A DNA stretch of 64,000 bases from Bacteroidia bacterium (GTDB lineage Bacteria > Bacteroidota > Bacteroidia > M30B66): assembly GCA_965279035.1 (NCBI GenBank), contig OZ257142.1:736001-800000 (forward strand), given 5' to 3'. Made by a program: the position numbers and the translations under genes. The stretch's first letter is position 1, and every line of letters begins with the position of its first letter. The notes under the pieces are model-generated. The model worked only from the letters and a program-made list of their open reading frames with translations. It did no database searches and was not told the DNA's origin. Below are positions 48,957-58,320 of the stretch, piece after piece.

Positions 48957-49949
48957 ATGAAAAGTTTTCTATTCTTCATTGTAGTTGTTCCTTCAATGCT
49001 TTGGGGGCAATTTGATCCTCCTGCTGATCAACCAGGATCATTAGCAATTCCCGTAAATAGCCCCTTGTTTATTGCATGGGCAACAACTGCTGAAGTAATT
49101 GCCGGTCCTCAACAAATAGGCGTTGATTCTCTTGGATTAGCGGCTAGTGGACAGGCTATTTTTGCCACTGGGAAAGCAGGAGAAAATCCGGTTGTGAGTT
49201 TAGGTGATGGTGGAAATGCAATTGTTCAATTTGAATTCTCAGTTCGAAATGGAATAGGGGCTGATTTTGCTGTTTTTGAAAATAGTTTTGATGGATTCTT
49301 TTTGGAATTAGCCTTTGTTGAAGTGAGTTCTGATGGAATTAATTTTTATCGATTTCCTTCGGCTTCATTAACAGACACAACGATTCAAGCATCCGGATTT
49401 TCAAATCTCGATGCGAAAAATCTGAATAACCTTGCTGGCAAACATGCAATGCTTTTCGGAACACCATTCGATCTTGAAGAATTATCTACTCAAGAAGGTT
49501 TAGACATAAATGCGATTAGTCATATTCGAATTGTAGATGTTGTAGGCAGCATCAATCCTGATTATGGTTCAAGAGATGCATTTGGGAGAATTATTAATGA
49601 TCCTTTTCCAACACCTTTTATTTCATCAGGATTTGATTTAGATGCCGTTGGAGTCATACATAATAATGACCCGAATGCAATTGAACAGCTTTCTACCAAT
49701 GGAAAAGCTTTTTTGTTTCCACAGCCAGCCGAACATTCAGTTCTTATTCAAATCCCCAATACAATTGGAAAATCAATTCATTGCACCATCAAATCTTTAG
49801 AAGGAAAAAATGTATTATCCATTGATGGAACGATGAATTCCAGTTCAAGTATTGAAATTGAAACATCTTCCTTAATCCCAGGTTATTATTTTATTGAATC
49901 AACCATTGAGTCTACTGTTTTCAACCAAAAGCTAATCATTCGGAAATGA
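48957..49949 (+). CDS. Cell-surface protein (BtuH-like domain) with T9SS C-terminal domain
   Basis: VVSLGDGG, RNG.GADFAVFEN, VEVSSDG, FDL, SGFDLDAVGV; tail LFPQP...GYYFIE...QKLII. BtuH similarity is from recalled motifs. Confidence 0.6.
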   Translation: MKSFLFFIVVVPSMLWGQFDPPADQPGSLAIPVNSPLFIAWATTAEVIAGPQQIGVDSLGLAASGQAIFATGKAGENPVVSLGDGGNAIVQFEFSVRNGIGADFAVFENSFDGFFLELAFVEVSSDGINFYRFPSASLTDTTIQASGFSNLDAKNLNNLAGKHAMLFGTPFDLEELSTQEGLDINAISHIRIVDVVGSINPDYGSRDAFGRIINDPFPTPFISSGFDLDAVGVIHNNDPNAIEQLSTNGKAFLFPQPAEHSVLIQIPNTIGKSIHCTIKSLEGKNVLSIDGTMNSSSSIEIETSSLIPGYYFIESTIESTVFNQKLIIRK

Positions 49950-50977
49950 AATTGAGAATTTTAGCTTTATTCCTTTTAGGGATTTTATCATCATGTAAAA
50001 AAGATGAAAAGGTTCCTGACCCAATTGTCCCGGTTCAAAAAGATTACAATGCTATTGTAGTCAATGAGGGTAATTTTCAATGGGGAAATTCTTCCATGAC
50101 ACAAATTGATTTGAGTACAGATCATGTTGTTGCAGATGTTTTTTCTCAGGTAAATCAGCGTCCCTTAGGAGATGTGTTTCAATCGATTTCGCAAATTGGT
50201 TCGGAACTATGGTTAGTGGTAAATAATTCTCAAAAAATAGAGCGTATTGATTTCAAAACGATGGTTGCGAAATCTCCTATAACAGGAATTCATTCTCCAC
50301 GAAATATTCAGCAGTATTACAACAAAGCATTTGTCACCGATTTGTATTCAAACAGCGTCCATGTGTTTGATATTTTTAGTGGTGAAAACACGATGAATAT
50401 TCCTTTTCCGGGTTGGAGTGAAGGTATTATTTTGGATCAATCGGCTCGCTTGTGGGTGACGAATGTTACACGTGGGAATCTAGTTATTATAAATCCTGTA
50501 AATAATCAGGTAGTTGATTCACTGAATGTTGGAGACGCTCCGCGCTATATTTGTAACGATAAGATGGGTCGAATTTGGGTCTTGTGTGAAGGTCATCTTC
50601 CTCCTTCAGAAACAGCCGGAAGTCTTTGGTGTATCAACCCTTTAGATAAAACGGTTATGAAAACGTTCACATTTAATTTGGGCGAACATCCTTCTAAATT
50701 AATTTCAATGACAGCTTCTGGAGAATTAATTTTTCTAAATCAAGGGGTGTATAAAATTTCGATTGATGCTAGCAGTTTACCAAGTACTCCATTCATTCCT
50801 CAAGGTAATCGCTTGTTTTACGGTTTAGGCTTTAATGAAATCCACTCTACTATTTGGGTAGGTGATGCACATGATTATCAGCAAGCAGGAGAAGCTTTAG
50901 TGTATAACTCGAGCAATGGAACATTATTAAAATCCTATGCTGCTGGAATCATTCCCGGCTCTTTTTATTTTTACTGA
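49946..50977 (+). CDS. btuG: BtuG-like (YncE/DUF5074) beta-propeller lipoprotein
   Basis: Lipobox LSSC-KKD; NEGNF..GNSS, VN.RPLGDVFQS, VVNNSQKI, SPR, VGDAHDYQQ.G, AGIIPG. Confidence 0.82.
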   Translation: MKLRILALFLLGILSSCKKDEKVPDPIVPVQKDYNAIVVNEGNFQWGNSSMTQIDLSTDHVVADVFSQVNQRPLGDVFQSISQIGSELWLVVNNSQKIERIDFKTMVAKSPITGIHSPRNIQQYYNKAFVTDLYSNSVHVFDIFSGENTMNIPFPGWSEGIILDQSARLWVTNVTRGNLVIINPVNNQVVDSLNVGDAPRYICNDKMGRIWVLCEGHLPPSETAGSLWCINPLDKTVMKTFTFNLGEHPSKLISMTASGELIFLNQGVYKISIDASSLPSTPFIPQGNRLFYGLGFNEIHSTIWVGDAHDYQQAGEALVYNSSNGTLLKSYAAGIIPGSFYFY

Positions 50978-50989
50978 TTATTTTTCAAT

Positions 50990-51640
50990 ATGAAAAAAGT
51001 CTGGAGTCCGCTCTATATTGGAATTATATCCTATTTCTGTTTAGTACTTCCTGCAGTTATTCTTTGGGGAATTAATTTTCGAAAAATGGGAAGAACCGAT
51101 CTCGTTAAGCCTAATTTTTTGATCGGTATTTTTTTATTTATTGCATTGATTTTGGGATGGATTTTTCTACCAAAATCATGGGATTGGGGCTTGGAAATAT
51201 TTCATGTATCCATCTCTATTGCTGGCGCCGCGATACAATATCCAATATACCGAAAGTTTTTAGAGGAAGATGAAGATAACAGAATTGTTGAAAGCCTTTT
51301 CCCTCAAGCGCTTTTATCCATTTTCTTTTTGATTTTATGCATCTCAACTTTTTTTGGATGGAATTGGTATTTGCAACATCAAACAGAAAAACAACTTTTA
51401 CAGTCTAAAGAATTGTATGATTTGGGCGATTATCCTGCATCCATCACGATTCTCAAAAAATTAATTGAAGAAGATCCCGGTCAGCGAACTGCCTATTTGA
51501 ATATGTCGATCGCATACGAAACCATGGGAAAACCCGACTCTGCCATCGTGATCATGGAGAATTGGTTAAATCAAATGCCAGAAGATGGGGAAGCGAAGGA
51601 GCGAATCTATCAACTTCGTTATATAAACAAAGGCAAGTGA
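50990..51640 (+). CDS. Membrane protein with C-terminal TPR repeats
   Basis: 4 hydrophobic segments, then YDLGDYPASI...DPGQRTAYLNMSIAYE..GK TPR pattern. Confidence 0.7.
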   Translation: MKKVWSPLYIGIISYFCLVLPAVILWGINFRKMGRTDLVKPNFLIGIFLFIALILGWIFLPKSWDWGLEIFHVSISIAGAAIQYPIYRKFLEEDEDNRIVESLFPQALLSIFFLILCISTFFGWNWYLQHQTEKQLLQSKELYDLGDYPASITILKKLIEEDPGQRTAYLNMSIAYETMGKPDSAIVIMENWLNQMPEDGEAKERIYQLRYINKGK

Positions 51641-53118
51641 TGATTTTTGAGAAAATGACGACTGTTTTCCAAATCGGTATATAGTAAACGGTCTTCATCA
51701 ACAAAAGGAACAACCTTTCTGTATGCCAACAAAATATCTTCAATTAAAGGAGAAGACTTCAAAGGCCTGCGAAATTCAATTGCTTGAGCAGCATTTAGAA
51801 GTTCAATTGCCAGTATTTTCTCTAAGTTTTCCATCACACGCCAAGCTTTCGTAGCTGCATTAGCACCCATACTTACGTGATCTTCTTGTCCATTGGAAGA
51901 GTCAATGGTATCGATAGAAGCAGGCGTGCAAAGTTGTTTGTTTTGACTTACAATGGAAGCTTGAGTGTATTGAGGAATCATTAGACCGGAATTCAATCCG
52001 GGTTTTGCAATTAAGAATGGGGGAAGCCCACGTTTCCCGCCAATGAGTTGATAGGTTCTCCTTTCCGAAATACTTCCAATTTCATGCATAGCAATGCAGA
52101 GGTAATCAAGCGCCATCGCCAAGGGTTGACCATGGAAATTCCCACCAGAAATGATTAAATCTTCCTCTGGGAAAATGGTAGGATTATCTGTTACGGCATT
52201 TAATTCATTTGTGAAAATAGATTCACAATGCCTAAGCACATCGAATGAAGCCCCTAAAACTTGAGGAATACAACGAAAAGAATAAGGATCTTGAACATGT
52301 GCTTTATACTGTGCAGAAATCTCACTCTCTTTCAATATACGACATACAGTTGAAGCAATAATTTGTTGTCCATGATGATGACGGATTTCGTGAAGGCGAG
52401 GATGAAATGGATCAGGTCGTCCATCATAAGCATCAATTGAAATACAGGCAATAACAGTTGCCCAATTGAAAAGTCGCATAGCTTCTGCACTAATGCAAAC
52501 TCCATAAGCATTCATAAATTGAGTGCCGTTGAGCAAAGCAAGTCCTTCTTTTGATTGAAGTTTTATTGGTTCCCAACCAAAACGTTCGAGTACTACTGAA
52601 GCTTGTTGACGAATTCCATTTACCCACACTTCACCCATTCCTAATAAAGGAAGGCTCATGTGAGCTAAAGGAGCTAAATCGCCCGAAGCACCTAATGATC
52701 CTTGCTGAAATACAACGGGCAAAATATCTTCATTGTAAAAATCAATCAAACGCTGAACGGTTATCTCCTGAACTCCAGAAAAACCGTACGTTAATGATTG
52801 AATTTTAAGCAAAAGCATGGCTTTGACGATCTGTGCTGGAACAGGATCACCTTGCCCGCAAGCATGAGATTTCACCAGATTTTCCTGTAATTGTTCTAAT
52901 TGGTCATGGCTAATTTGAACATCGCATAAAGAACCAAAACCTGTATTAATACCATAAATTGGATCATTCGATTTTGTAAGTCGTTGATCGAGGTAATCTC
53001 TTCCTTTTTGAATACTCGCTTTTGCTTCGTTGGAGAGAAAGATATGTTCTCCTGATTTTAAAAGATGATGAATCCTTTCAAGGTAACAATGAGAAGGATC
53101 AATAGCCTGACCTGACAT
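51619..53118 (-). CDS. hutH: Histidine ammonia-lyase
   Basis: YGINTGFG, GSLGASGDLAPL (MIO-forming ASG), QDPYSFRC, GGNFHG and QEDHVSMG motifs. Confidence 0.96.
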   Translation of the reverse strand: MSGQAIDPSHCYLERIHHLLKSGEHIFLSNEAKASIQKGRDYLDQRLTKSNDPIYGINTGFGSLCDVQISHDQLEQLQENLVKSHACGQGDPVPAQIVKAMLLLKIQSLTYGFSGVQEITVQRLIDFYNEDILPVVFQQGSLGASGDLAPLAHMSLPLLGMGEVWVNGIRQQASVVLERFGWEPIKLQSKEGLALLNGTQFMNAYGVCISAEAMRLFNWATVIACISIDAYDGRPDPFHPRLHEIRHHHGQQIIASTVCRILKESEISAQYKAHVQDPYSFRCIPQVLGASFDVLRHCESIFTNELNAVTDNPTIFPEEDLIISGGNFHGQPLAMALDYLCIAMHEIGSISERRTYQLIGGKRGLPPFLIAKPGLNSGLMIPQYTQASIVSQNKQLCTPASIDTIDSSNGQEDHVSMGANAATKAWRVMENLEKILAIELLNAAQAIEFRRPLKSSPLIEDILLAYRKVVPFVDEDRLLYTDLENSRHFLKNHHLPLFI

Positions 53119-53170
53119 GCGTTTGGTTGATTTTGGTTAATGCAAAATGAGAAAAAAAGGTTTCCGATTT

Positions 53171-54550
53171 CTAGTTATGAAATAGATCTTTGAATGAAGC
53201 GAGTTTATTTAGTGGAACAGAAATTTGCTTTCCACTTTGGAGTTCTTTGGTTAGAATACACTGATCAGCTCGTTCTCCTTCACCATAAATCATTAAGAAT
53301 GGAATTCCCTTTTTTTCGGCGTATTCAAATTGTTTTTTAAGTTTTGATATTTCAGGATAGATTTCCGCTTTGATGCCATTATTCCTGAGCAATTGAAGCA
53401 GTGGAAGTGCTGCTCGCTCATCTTCTTTTGTGAAATTGGCAATTAGTACTTCTGTTCCAACAACTGCCGATGAAGGAAAAAGATCTTGCATCAATAGAAC
53501 ATCATAAATTCGGTCAGCACCAAAAGAAATTCCCACACCCGGTACTCCAGGCAAGCCAAAAATCCCTGTTAAATCATCGTATCGTCCACCTCCGCCTATG
53601 CTTCCAAATTCAACTTCTTTAGCTTTTACTTCGATGATTGTTCCTGTATAGTAATTTAGTCCTCTAGCTAATGTTAAATCCAATTCTAGTGATGAAGTTT
53701 CAAGTTTAAAACCATTTTCTCCTTTAAAATAATCCAACAAAGTTTTTAGTTCTTCGATGCCCTGTTTTCCTATTTCTGATTGACTTAGAAAATCGTTCAA
53801 AAAGCCAATCTTTTCATTCAATCCTCCCGAAAAAGTAAACAGTGGTTTTAGCTTCGAAATCGCATTTTCTTCAAGTCCTTTTTCTCTTAATTCTTGTTCA
53901 ACTTTTTCAACGCCTATTTTATCGAGTTTATCTATGGCTACCGTAATGTCGATGAGCCTTTGCGGTTCTCCAATTACTTCTGCTATTCCAGATAAAATCT
54001 TTCGGTTATTTACTAAAATCCGAACAGGTAATTTAAAAGCAGTGAAAACGCGATCATAAATCTGAATTAATTCAGCTTCATTAATCAAAGACGCACTTCC
54101 TACAATATCTGCATCGCATTGCCAAAATTCACGATAACGTCCTTTTTGTGGACGATCGGCTCTCCAAACGGGTTGCATTTGATAGCGACGAAATGGGAAA
54201 GCAAGCCTGTCTTTATTCATTGCTACATATCGAGCAAAAGGAACCGTTAAATCGTATCGAAGTGCTTTTTCGCTTACTAAAGGCAAGACCGAATGAATTG
54301 ATTCTAAATTGATTTCTTGTTCTCGAACTTCTTTCAAGAAATCGCCCGAATTGAGAATCTTAAAAATCAAGCGATCTCCTTCTTCTCCATATTTCCCTGT
54401 GAGCGTGCTCAAATTTTCCATGGCAGGAGTTTCGAGCGACTGAAACCCGTATAATTCGAATGACTCACGAATGGTTTCGAAAATATAGCGTCGACGAGCT
54501 GTTTCAAGTGGTGAAAAATCGCGCGTTCCTTTAGGAAGTGAAGGTTTCAT
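53171..54550 (-). CDS. hisS: Histidine--tRNA ligase
   Basis: PKGTRDF, LRYDLTVP, GRYREFWQCD, RGLNYYTG and GGGRYD motifs. Confidence 0.98.
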   Translation of the reverse strand: MKPSLPKGTRDFSPLETARRRYIFETIRESFELYGFQSLETPAMENLSTLTGKYGEEGDRLIFKILNSGDFLKEVREQEINLESIHSVLPLVSEKALRYDLTVPFARYVAMNKDRLAFPFRRYQMQPVWRADRPQKGRYREFWQCDADIVGSASLINEAELIQIYDRVFTAFKLPVRILVNNRKILSGIAEVIGEPQRLIDITVAIDKLDKIGVEKVEQELREKGLEENAISKLKPLFTFSGGLNEKIGFLNDFLSQSEIGKQGIEELKTLLDYFKGENGFKLETSSLELDLTLARGLNYYTGTIIEVKAKEVEFGSIGGGGRYDDLTGIFGLPGVPGVGISFGADRIYDVLLMQDLFPSSAVVGTEVLIANFTKEDERAALPLLQLLRNNGIKAEIYPEISKLKKQFEYAEKKGIPFLMIYGEGERADQCILTKELQSGKQISVPLNKLASFKDLFHN

Positions 54551-54623
54551 AGCTAAGCAAAGGTAAAAAGGGATTTGTATTGACTAATATGATATAAGTC
54601 AAGCAATTCGATCAATTTGTAAA

Positions 54624-57449
54624 TCAATGAAATTTTTCTTTTAGGTATTTTCCTGTCCAGAGATCATCTCGTTCAGAAAGTTCTTTAGGAGTTCCTTCAA
54701 AAACTACTTGTCCACCATATTCTCCTCCATCAGGGCCCATATCTATTACATAATCGGCACACTTGATCACATCCAAATTGTGTTCAATAATAATTAGGGT
54801 GTGACCTTGAGCAATCAATGCATTGAAAGCATCCAATAATTTTCGAATATCATGAAAATGTAAGCCCGTTGTTGGTTCATCGAAAATAAAGAGCGTATGA
54901 ACTGCCGAACTTCCTTTCGTTAAAAACGATGCGAGTTTAATACGTTGCGCTTCACCACCCGAAAGCGTTGAAGATGCCTGTCCTAAATGGACATATCCCA
55001 AACCAACATCAGCTAATGGTTGAAGTTTCGCAACGATGCGTTGATCTGTTGCAAGCGTTTTTCCATTGTTGAAGAAGGTTATGGCTTCATAAACGGTCAT
55101 TTCAAGCACATTGTAGATGTTTTTTCCGTTGTATTCGATTTCGAGGATTTCGTCTTTAAAACGCTTTCCATTACACACATCGCATTGTAGTTTGATGTCG
55201 GCCATGAACTGCATCGATATCGTCACAAAACCTTCGCCTTCGCATTCTTCACAACGACCACCTTCTACATTAAACGAAAAAACAGATGGTTTGTAACCAC
55301 GAGTTTTTGATAATGGCTGAAGAGAATAAAGTGTTCGGATTTCATCGTAAGCCTTTACATACGTAACGGGATTACTTCTGCTCGATTTCCCAATAGGATT
55401 TTGATCGATGTATTCTACAGCTCCAATGGTTCTATAATCTCCTTCTAGTCGATCGAATTGACCGGTTTGTTCGGAATATCCTTCGAACATTTTTTTCAAA
55501 GCAGGATAGAGAATCTTATTTACTAAAGAACTTTTCCCTGAGCCTGAAACACCCGAAATTACCGTCATTACGCCTAAAGGAAACGTTGCATTCACGCTTT
55601 TCAAATTGTTATGACGTGCACCTTTAATCACGATCGATTGATTCCATTTCCGAGTTTTGGCAGGCAAGGAGATCTCTTTTCTGCCAGTGAGATAATCGGC
55701 AGTTAAGCTGTTACCAGCAGTGATGAGATCAGCATGAACTCCTTGAAATACAACCTCTCCACCATGAGTTCCTGCTTCGGGGCCCATGTCGATTAAGAGA
55801 TCTGCCGCTTTCATTATTTCTTCATCATGTTCAACTACAATGACGGTATTTCCTAGATCACGAAGTCGTTTGAGAATGACAATTAATCGATCTGTATCAC
55901 GCGAATGGAGGCCAATGCTTGGTTCGTCCAATACGTATAAAGAACCTTCCAGAGCAGAACCAATAGAAGTAGCTAAGTTTATGCGCTGACTTTCTCCACC
56001 CGAAAGCGAAGAAGATAAACGATTCAGAGTGAGATAACGAAGTCCAACATCACATAAAAAGCCCAGTCGACTTTGAATTTCTATCAGTACGCGTTTAGCA
56101 ACTTTCGCTTGGTATTCATCCAATTCAACTTGATCGAAGAATGATTTCAAACGATCAACCGGCATGAGCACTAATTCAATCACACTTTTTCCTCCAACTT
56201 GAACATAGCCAGCATCTTTTCTCAAGCGAGTTCCTTTGCAATCGGGGCAAGTCGTTTTTCCTCGATAACGGGAAAGCATCACACGATATTGGATTTTGTA
56301 GGCTTGCTCTTCTACATGTTTAAAGAACGCATTGATTCCTTCAGCGTAGGGTGTTCCATTCCAAAGTTGGTCCAGTTGATTTTCATCTAAATCGTAATAA
56401 GCACGATGAACAGGAAAATCGACCTTCATGGCATGTTTTACAAACAGATCGCGCCATTCGCTCATTTTTTCACCTTTCCAAGGAGCAACGCAGCCTTCAT
56501 AAACAGATAGGCTTTTATCAGGAACAACAAGTCCTTCGTCAATCCCAATCACAGTTCCAAATCCTTCGCAGGTTTTACAAGCTCCAAAGGGATTATTAAA
56601 ACTGAAAAGATGCACACTTGGTTCTTCGAATGTGATTCCATCCGCTTCGAACTTATTGTTCATCTTTTTAGTGAGAATCGTTCCGTCTTCTAGAGTAACT
56701 TCAATGATACATTCGTTGTTTCCTTCATAAAAGGTTGTTTGAACGGAATCCGAAATTCGGCTATTGTTGTCTTCGTCTTCAGCATTTACAACGAAGCGGT
56801 CGATGAGCAATTCAAGCGATTTGCCTTTTAGTGATTTAGCATCTTGTTCCCAATCTTCAATGCGTTTGAGTTCTTCTCCAATGCGCATTCTGGAAAAACC
56901 AAGTTGACGAAGCAATGATAGGTTAGCTGCTTTATTTTCAAAGCGATCATTGTGCAAGGGAGAATACAAAGAAACGCGAGCACCTTTGGGTTGAGTATTG
57001 ATAAAGTCAACTACATCAGCTGGTGTGGAACGAGAAACTACTTCACCCGAAACAGGAGAAATTGTTTTACCAATGCGGGCAAATAGCAATTTCATATAGT
57101 CGTAAATCTCGGTTGAGGTTCCAACTGTAGAACGCGGATTGGTCGAATTCACCTTTTGTTCGATGGCAACAGCAGGTGAAATGCCTTGAATAAAATCAAC
57201 ATCAGGCTTGTTAATTCGTCCTAAAAACTGACGTGCGTAAGAGCTAAGGCTTTCTACATAGCGTCTTTGCCCTTCGGCATAGAGCGTATCAAAAGCAAGC
57301 GAAGATTTTCCCGAGCCAGATAAACCCGTGATAACCACAAGTTTATTACGAGGAATGGCGATGTCCACATTTTTTAAATTGTGAACGCGAGCGCCTTTAA
57401 TGAAGATAGTAGTGCGAGGATCGTATAGATCAGTTGAGAGCTTGGGCAT
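54624..57449 (-). CDS. uvrA: Excinuclease ABC subunit A
   Basis: Two ABC ATPase sets ([23 protein letters not shown]) and Zn-finger CxxC pairs. Confidence 0.97.
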   Translation of the reverse strand: MPKLSTDLYDPRTTIFIKGARVHNLKNVDIAIPRNKLVVITGLSGSGKSSLAFDTLYAEGQRRYVESLSSYARQFLGRINKPDVDFIQGISPAVAIEQKVNSTNPRSTVGTSTEIYDYMKLLFARIGKTISPVSGEVVSRSTPADVVDFINTQPKGARVSLYSPLHNDRFENKAANLSLLRQLGFSRMRIGEELKRIEDWEQDAKSLKGKSLELLIDRFVVNAEDEDNNSRISDSVQTTFYEGNNECIIEVTLEDGTILTKKMNNKFEADGITFEEPSVHLFSFNNPFGACKTCEGFGTVIGIDEGLVVPDKSLSVYEGCVAPWKGEKMSEWRDLFVKHAMKVDFPVHRAYYDLDENQLDQLWNGTPYAEGINAFFKHVEEQAYKIQYRVMLSRYRGKTTCPDCKGTRLRKDAGYVQVGGKSVIELVLMPVDRLKSFFDQVELDEYQAKVAKRVLIEIQSRLGFLCDVGLRYLTLNRLSSSLSGGESQRINLATSIGSALEGSLYVLDEPSIGLHSRDTDRLIVILKRLRDLGNTVIVVEHDEEIMKAADLLIDMGPEAGTHGGEVVFQGVHADLITAGNSLTADYLTGRKEISLPAKTRKWNQSIVIKGARHNNLKSVNATFPLGVMTVISGVSGSGKSSLVNKILYPALKKMFEGYSEQTGQFDRLEGDYRTIGAVEYIDQNPIGKSSRSNPVTYVKAYDEIRTLYSLQPLSKTRGYKPSVFSFNVEGGRCEECEGEGFVTISMQFMADIKLQCDVCNGKRFKDEILEIEYNGKNIYNVLEMTVYEAITFFNNGKTLATDQRIVAKLQPLADVGLGYVHLGQASSTLSGGEAQRIKLASFLTKGSSAVHTLFIFDEPTTGLHFHDIRKLLDAFNALIAQGHTLIIIEHNLDVIKCADYVIDMGPDGGEYGGQVVFEGTPKELSERDDLWTGKYLKEKFH

Positions 57450-57625
57450 CTGTAAGATATTTGCAAAATTATGAATTCATATTTGCTTTTGTCAAAAACC
57501 TTTATTTACTTTGCTTATAACGATCGACAAACTATAGAAGTTTTGCCGATTTTTTTTAAGAACCAATTTTAAAAAACGCCTATAGCAGAAACCTCTACTT
57601 TTTAAAATAACTCACACAGTTTAAA

Positions 57626-57633
57626 AAGGAGGT
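57626..57633 (+). promoter_or_regulatory. Canonical Shine-Dalgarno AAGGAGGT
   Basis: Lies 4 nt upstream of ATG 57638. Confidence 0.6.
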
Positions 57634-57637
57634 CTGT

Positions 57638-58222
57638 ATGCGTTTAGCTCAGGTTCAGGATCAGGAACTGGTCCACAACTACATCAACGGTCACGAAGAA
57701 GCATTATCTGTTTTGGTTAGTCGCCATCAGCAGAAGGTCTTTACCTACATTCGCATGTTGGTGAAAGATTCGGCGCTGGCGGAGGACATTTTTCAGGATG
57801 TTTTCGTGAAAGTCATTCACACCCTAAAATCAGGGAATTACAACGAGGAAGGGAAATTCTTGCCTTGGATTATGCGTATAGCGCACAATCTGAGCATTGA
57901 CCACTTCCGTAAATCCAAACGCATTCCGGTAGTACAACCCAAAGATGATTTTGACATCTTTCGTACACTTCGGATTGAAGAAGAGAACGTAGAAGATAAA
58001 ATGGTACGTGATCAAATTCTGAAAGACGTTAAAAAGCTCATTAAAGAGTTGCCTGCAGAACAACAAGAAGTTTTGATTCTTCGTCATTATGCCGACATGA
58101 GTTTTCAGGAGATTGCCGATTTTACGAACGTCAGTATCAATACTGCATTGGGAAGAATGCGCTATGCACTGATCAACCTTCGTAAAATTGTGAAGCAAAA
58201 AGAGATGATTCTCTCCATGTAA
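57638..58222 (+). CDS. ECF-type RNA polymerase sigma-70 factor
   Basis: AEDIFQDVF, WIMRIAHNLSIDHFR (region 2), MSFQEIA..NVSINTALGRMRYA (region 4). Confidence 0.95.
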   Translation: MRLAQVQDQELVHNYINGHEEALSVLVSRHQQKVFTYIRMLVKDSALAEDIFQDVFVKVIHTLKSGNYNEEGKFLPWIMRIAHNLSIDHFRKSKRIPVVQPKDDFDIFRTLRIEEENVEDKMVRDQILKDVKKLIKELPAEQQEVLILRHYADMSFQEIADFTNVSINTALGRMRYALINLRKIVKQKEMILSM

Positions 58223-58242
58223 TTCAACGAACAATGAAAACG

Positions 58243-58275
58243 AAGCCAGTTCCATTCTTTGGAGCTGGCTTTTTT
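58243..58275 (+). terminator. Intrinsic terminator after the sigma gene
   Basis: AAGCCAGTTCCA...TGGAGCTGGCTT followed by a T-run. Confidence 0.85.
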
Positions 58276-58320
58276 GTTTTTCCCAATTGATTGAATTCTA
58301 TTATTTTGGCTTCAAGAATT

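Noticed and set aside
57830-58255. 141 aa minus-strand ORF as a possible anti-sigma factor
   Set aside because: It is almost wholly antisense to the sigma gene and has no anti-sigma or ZAS motif.
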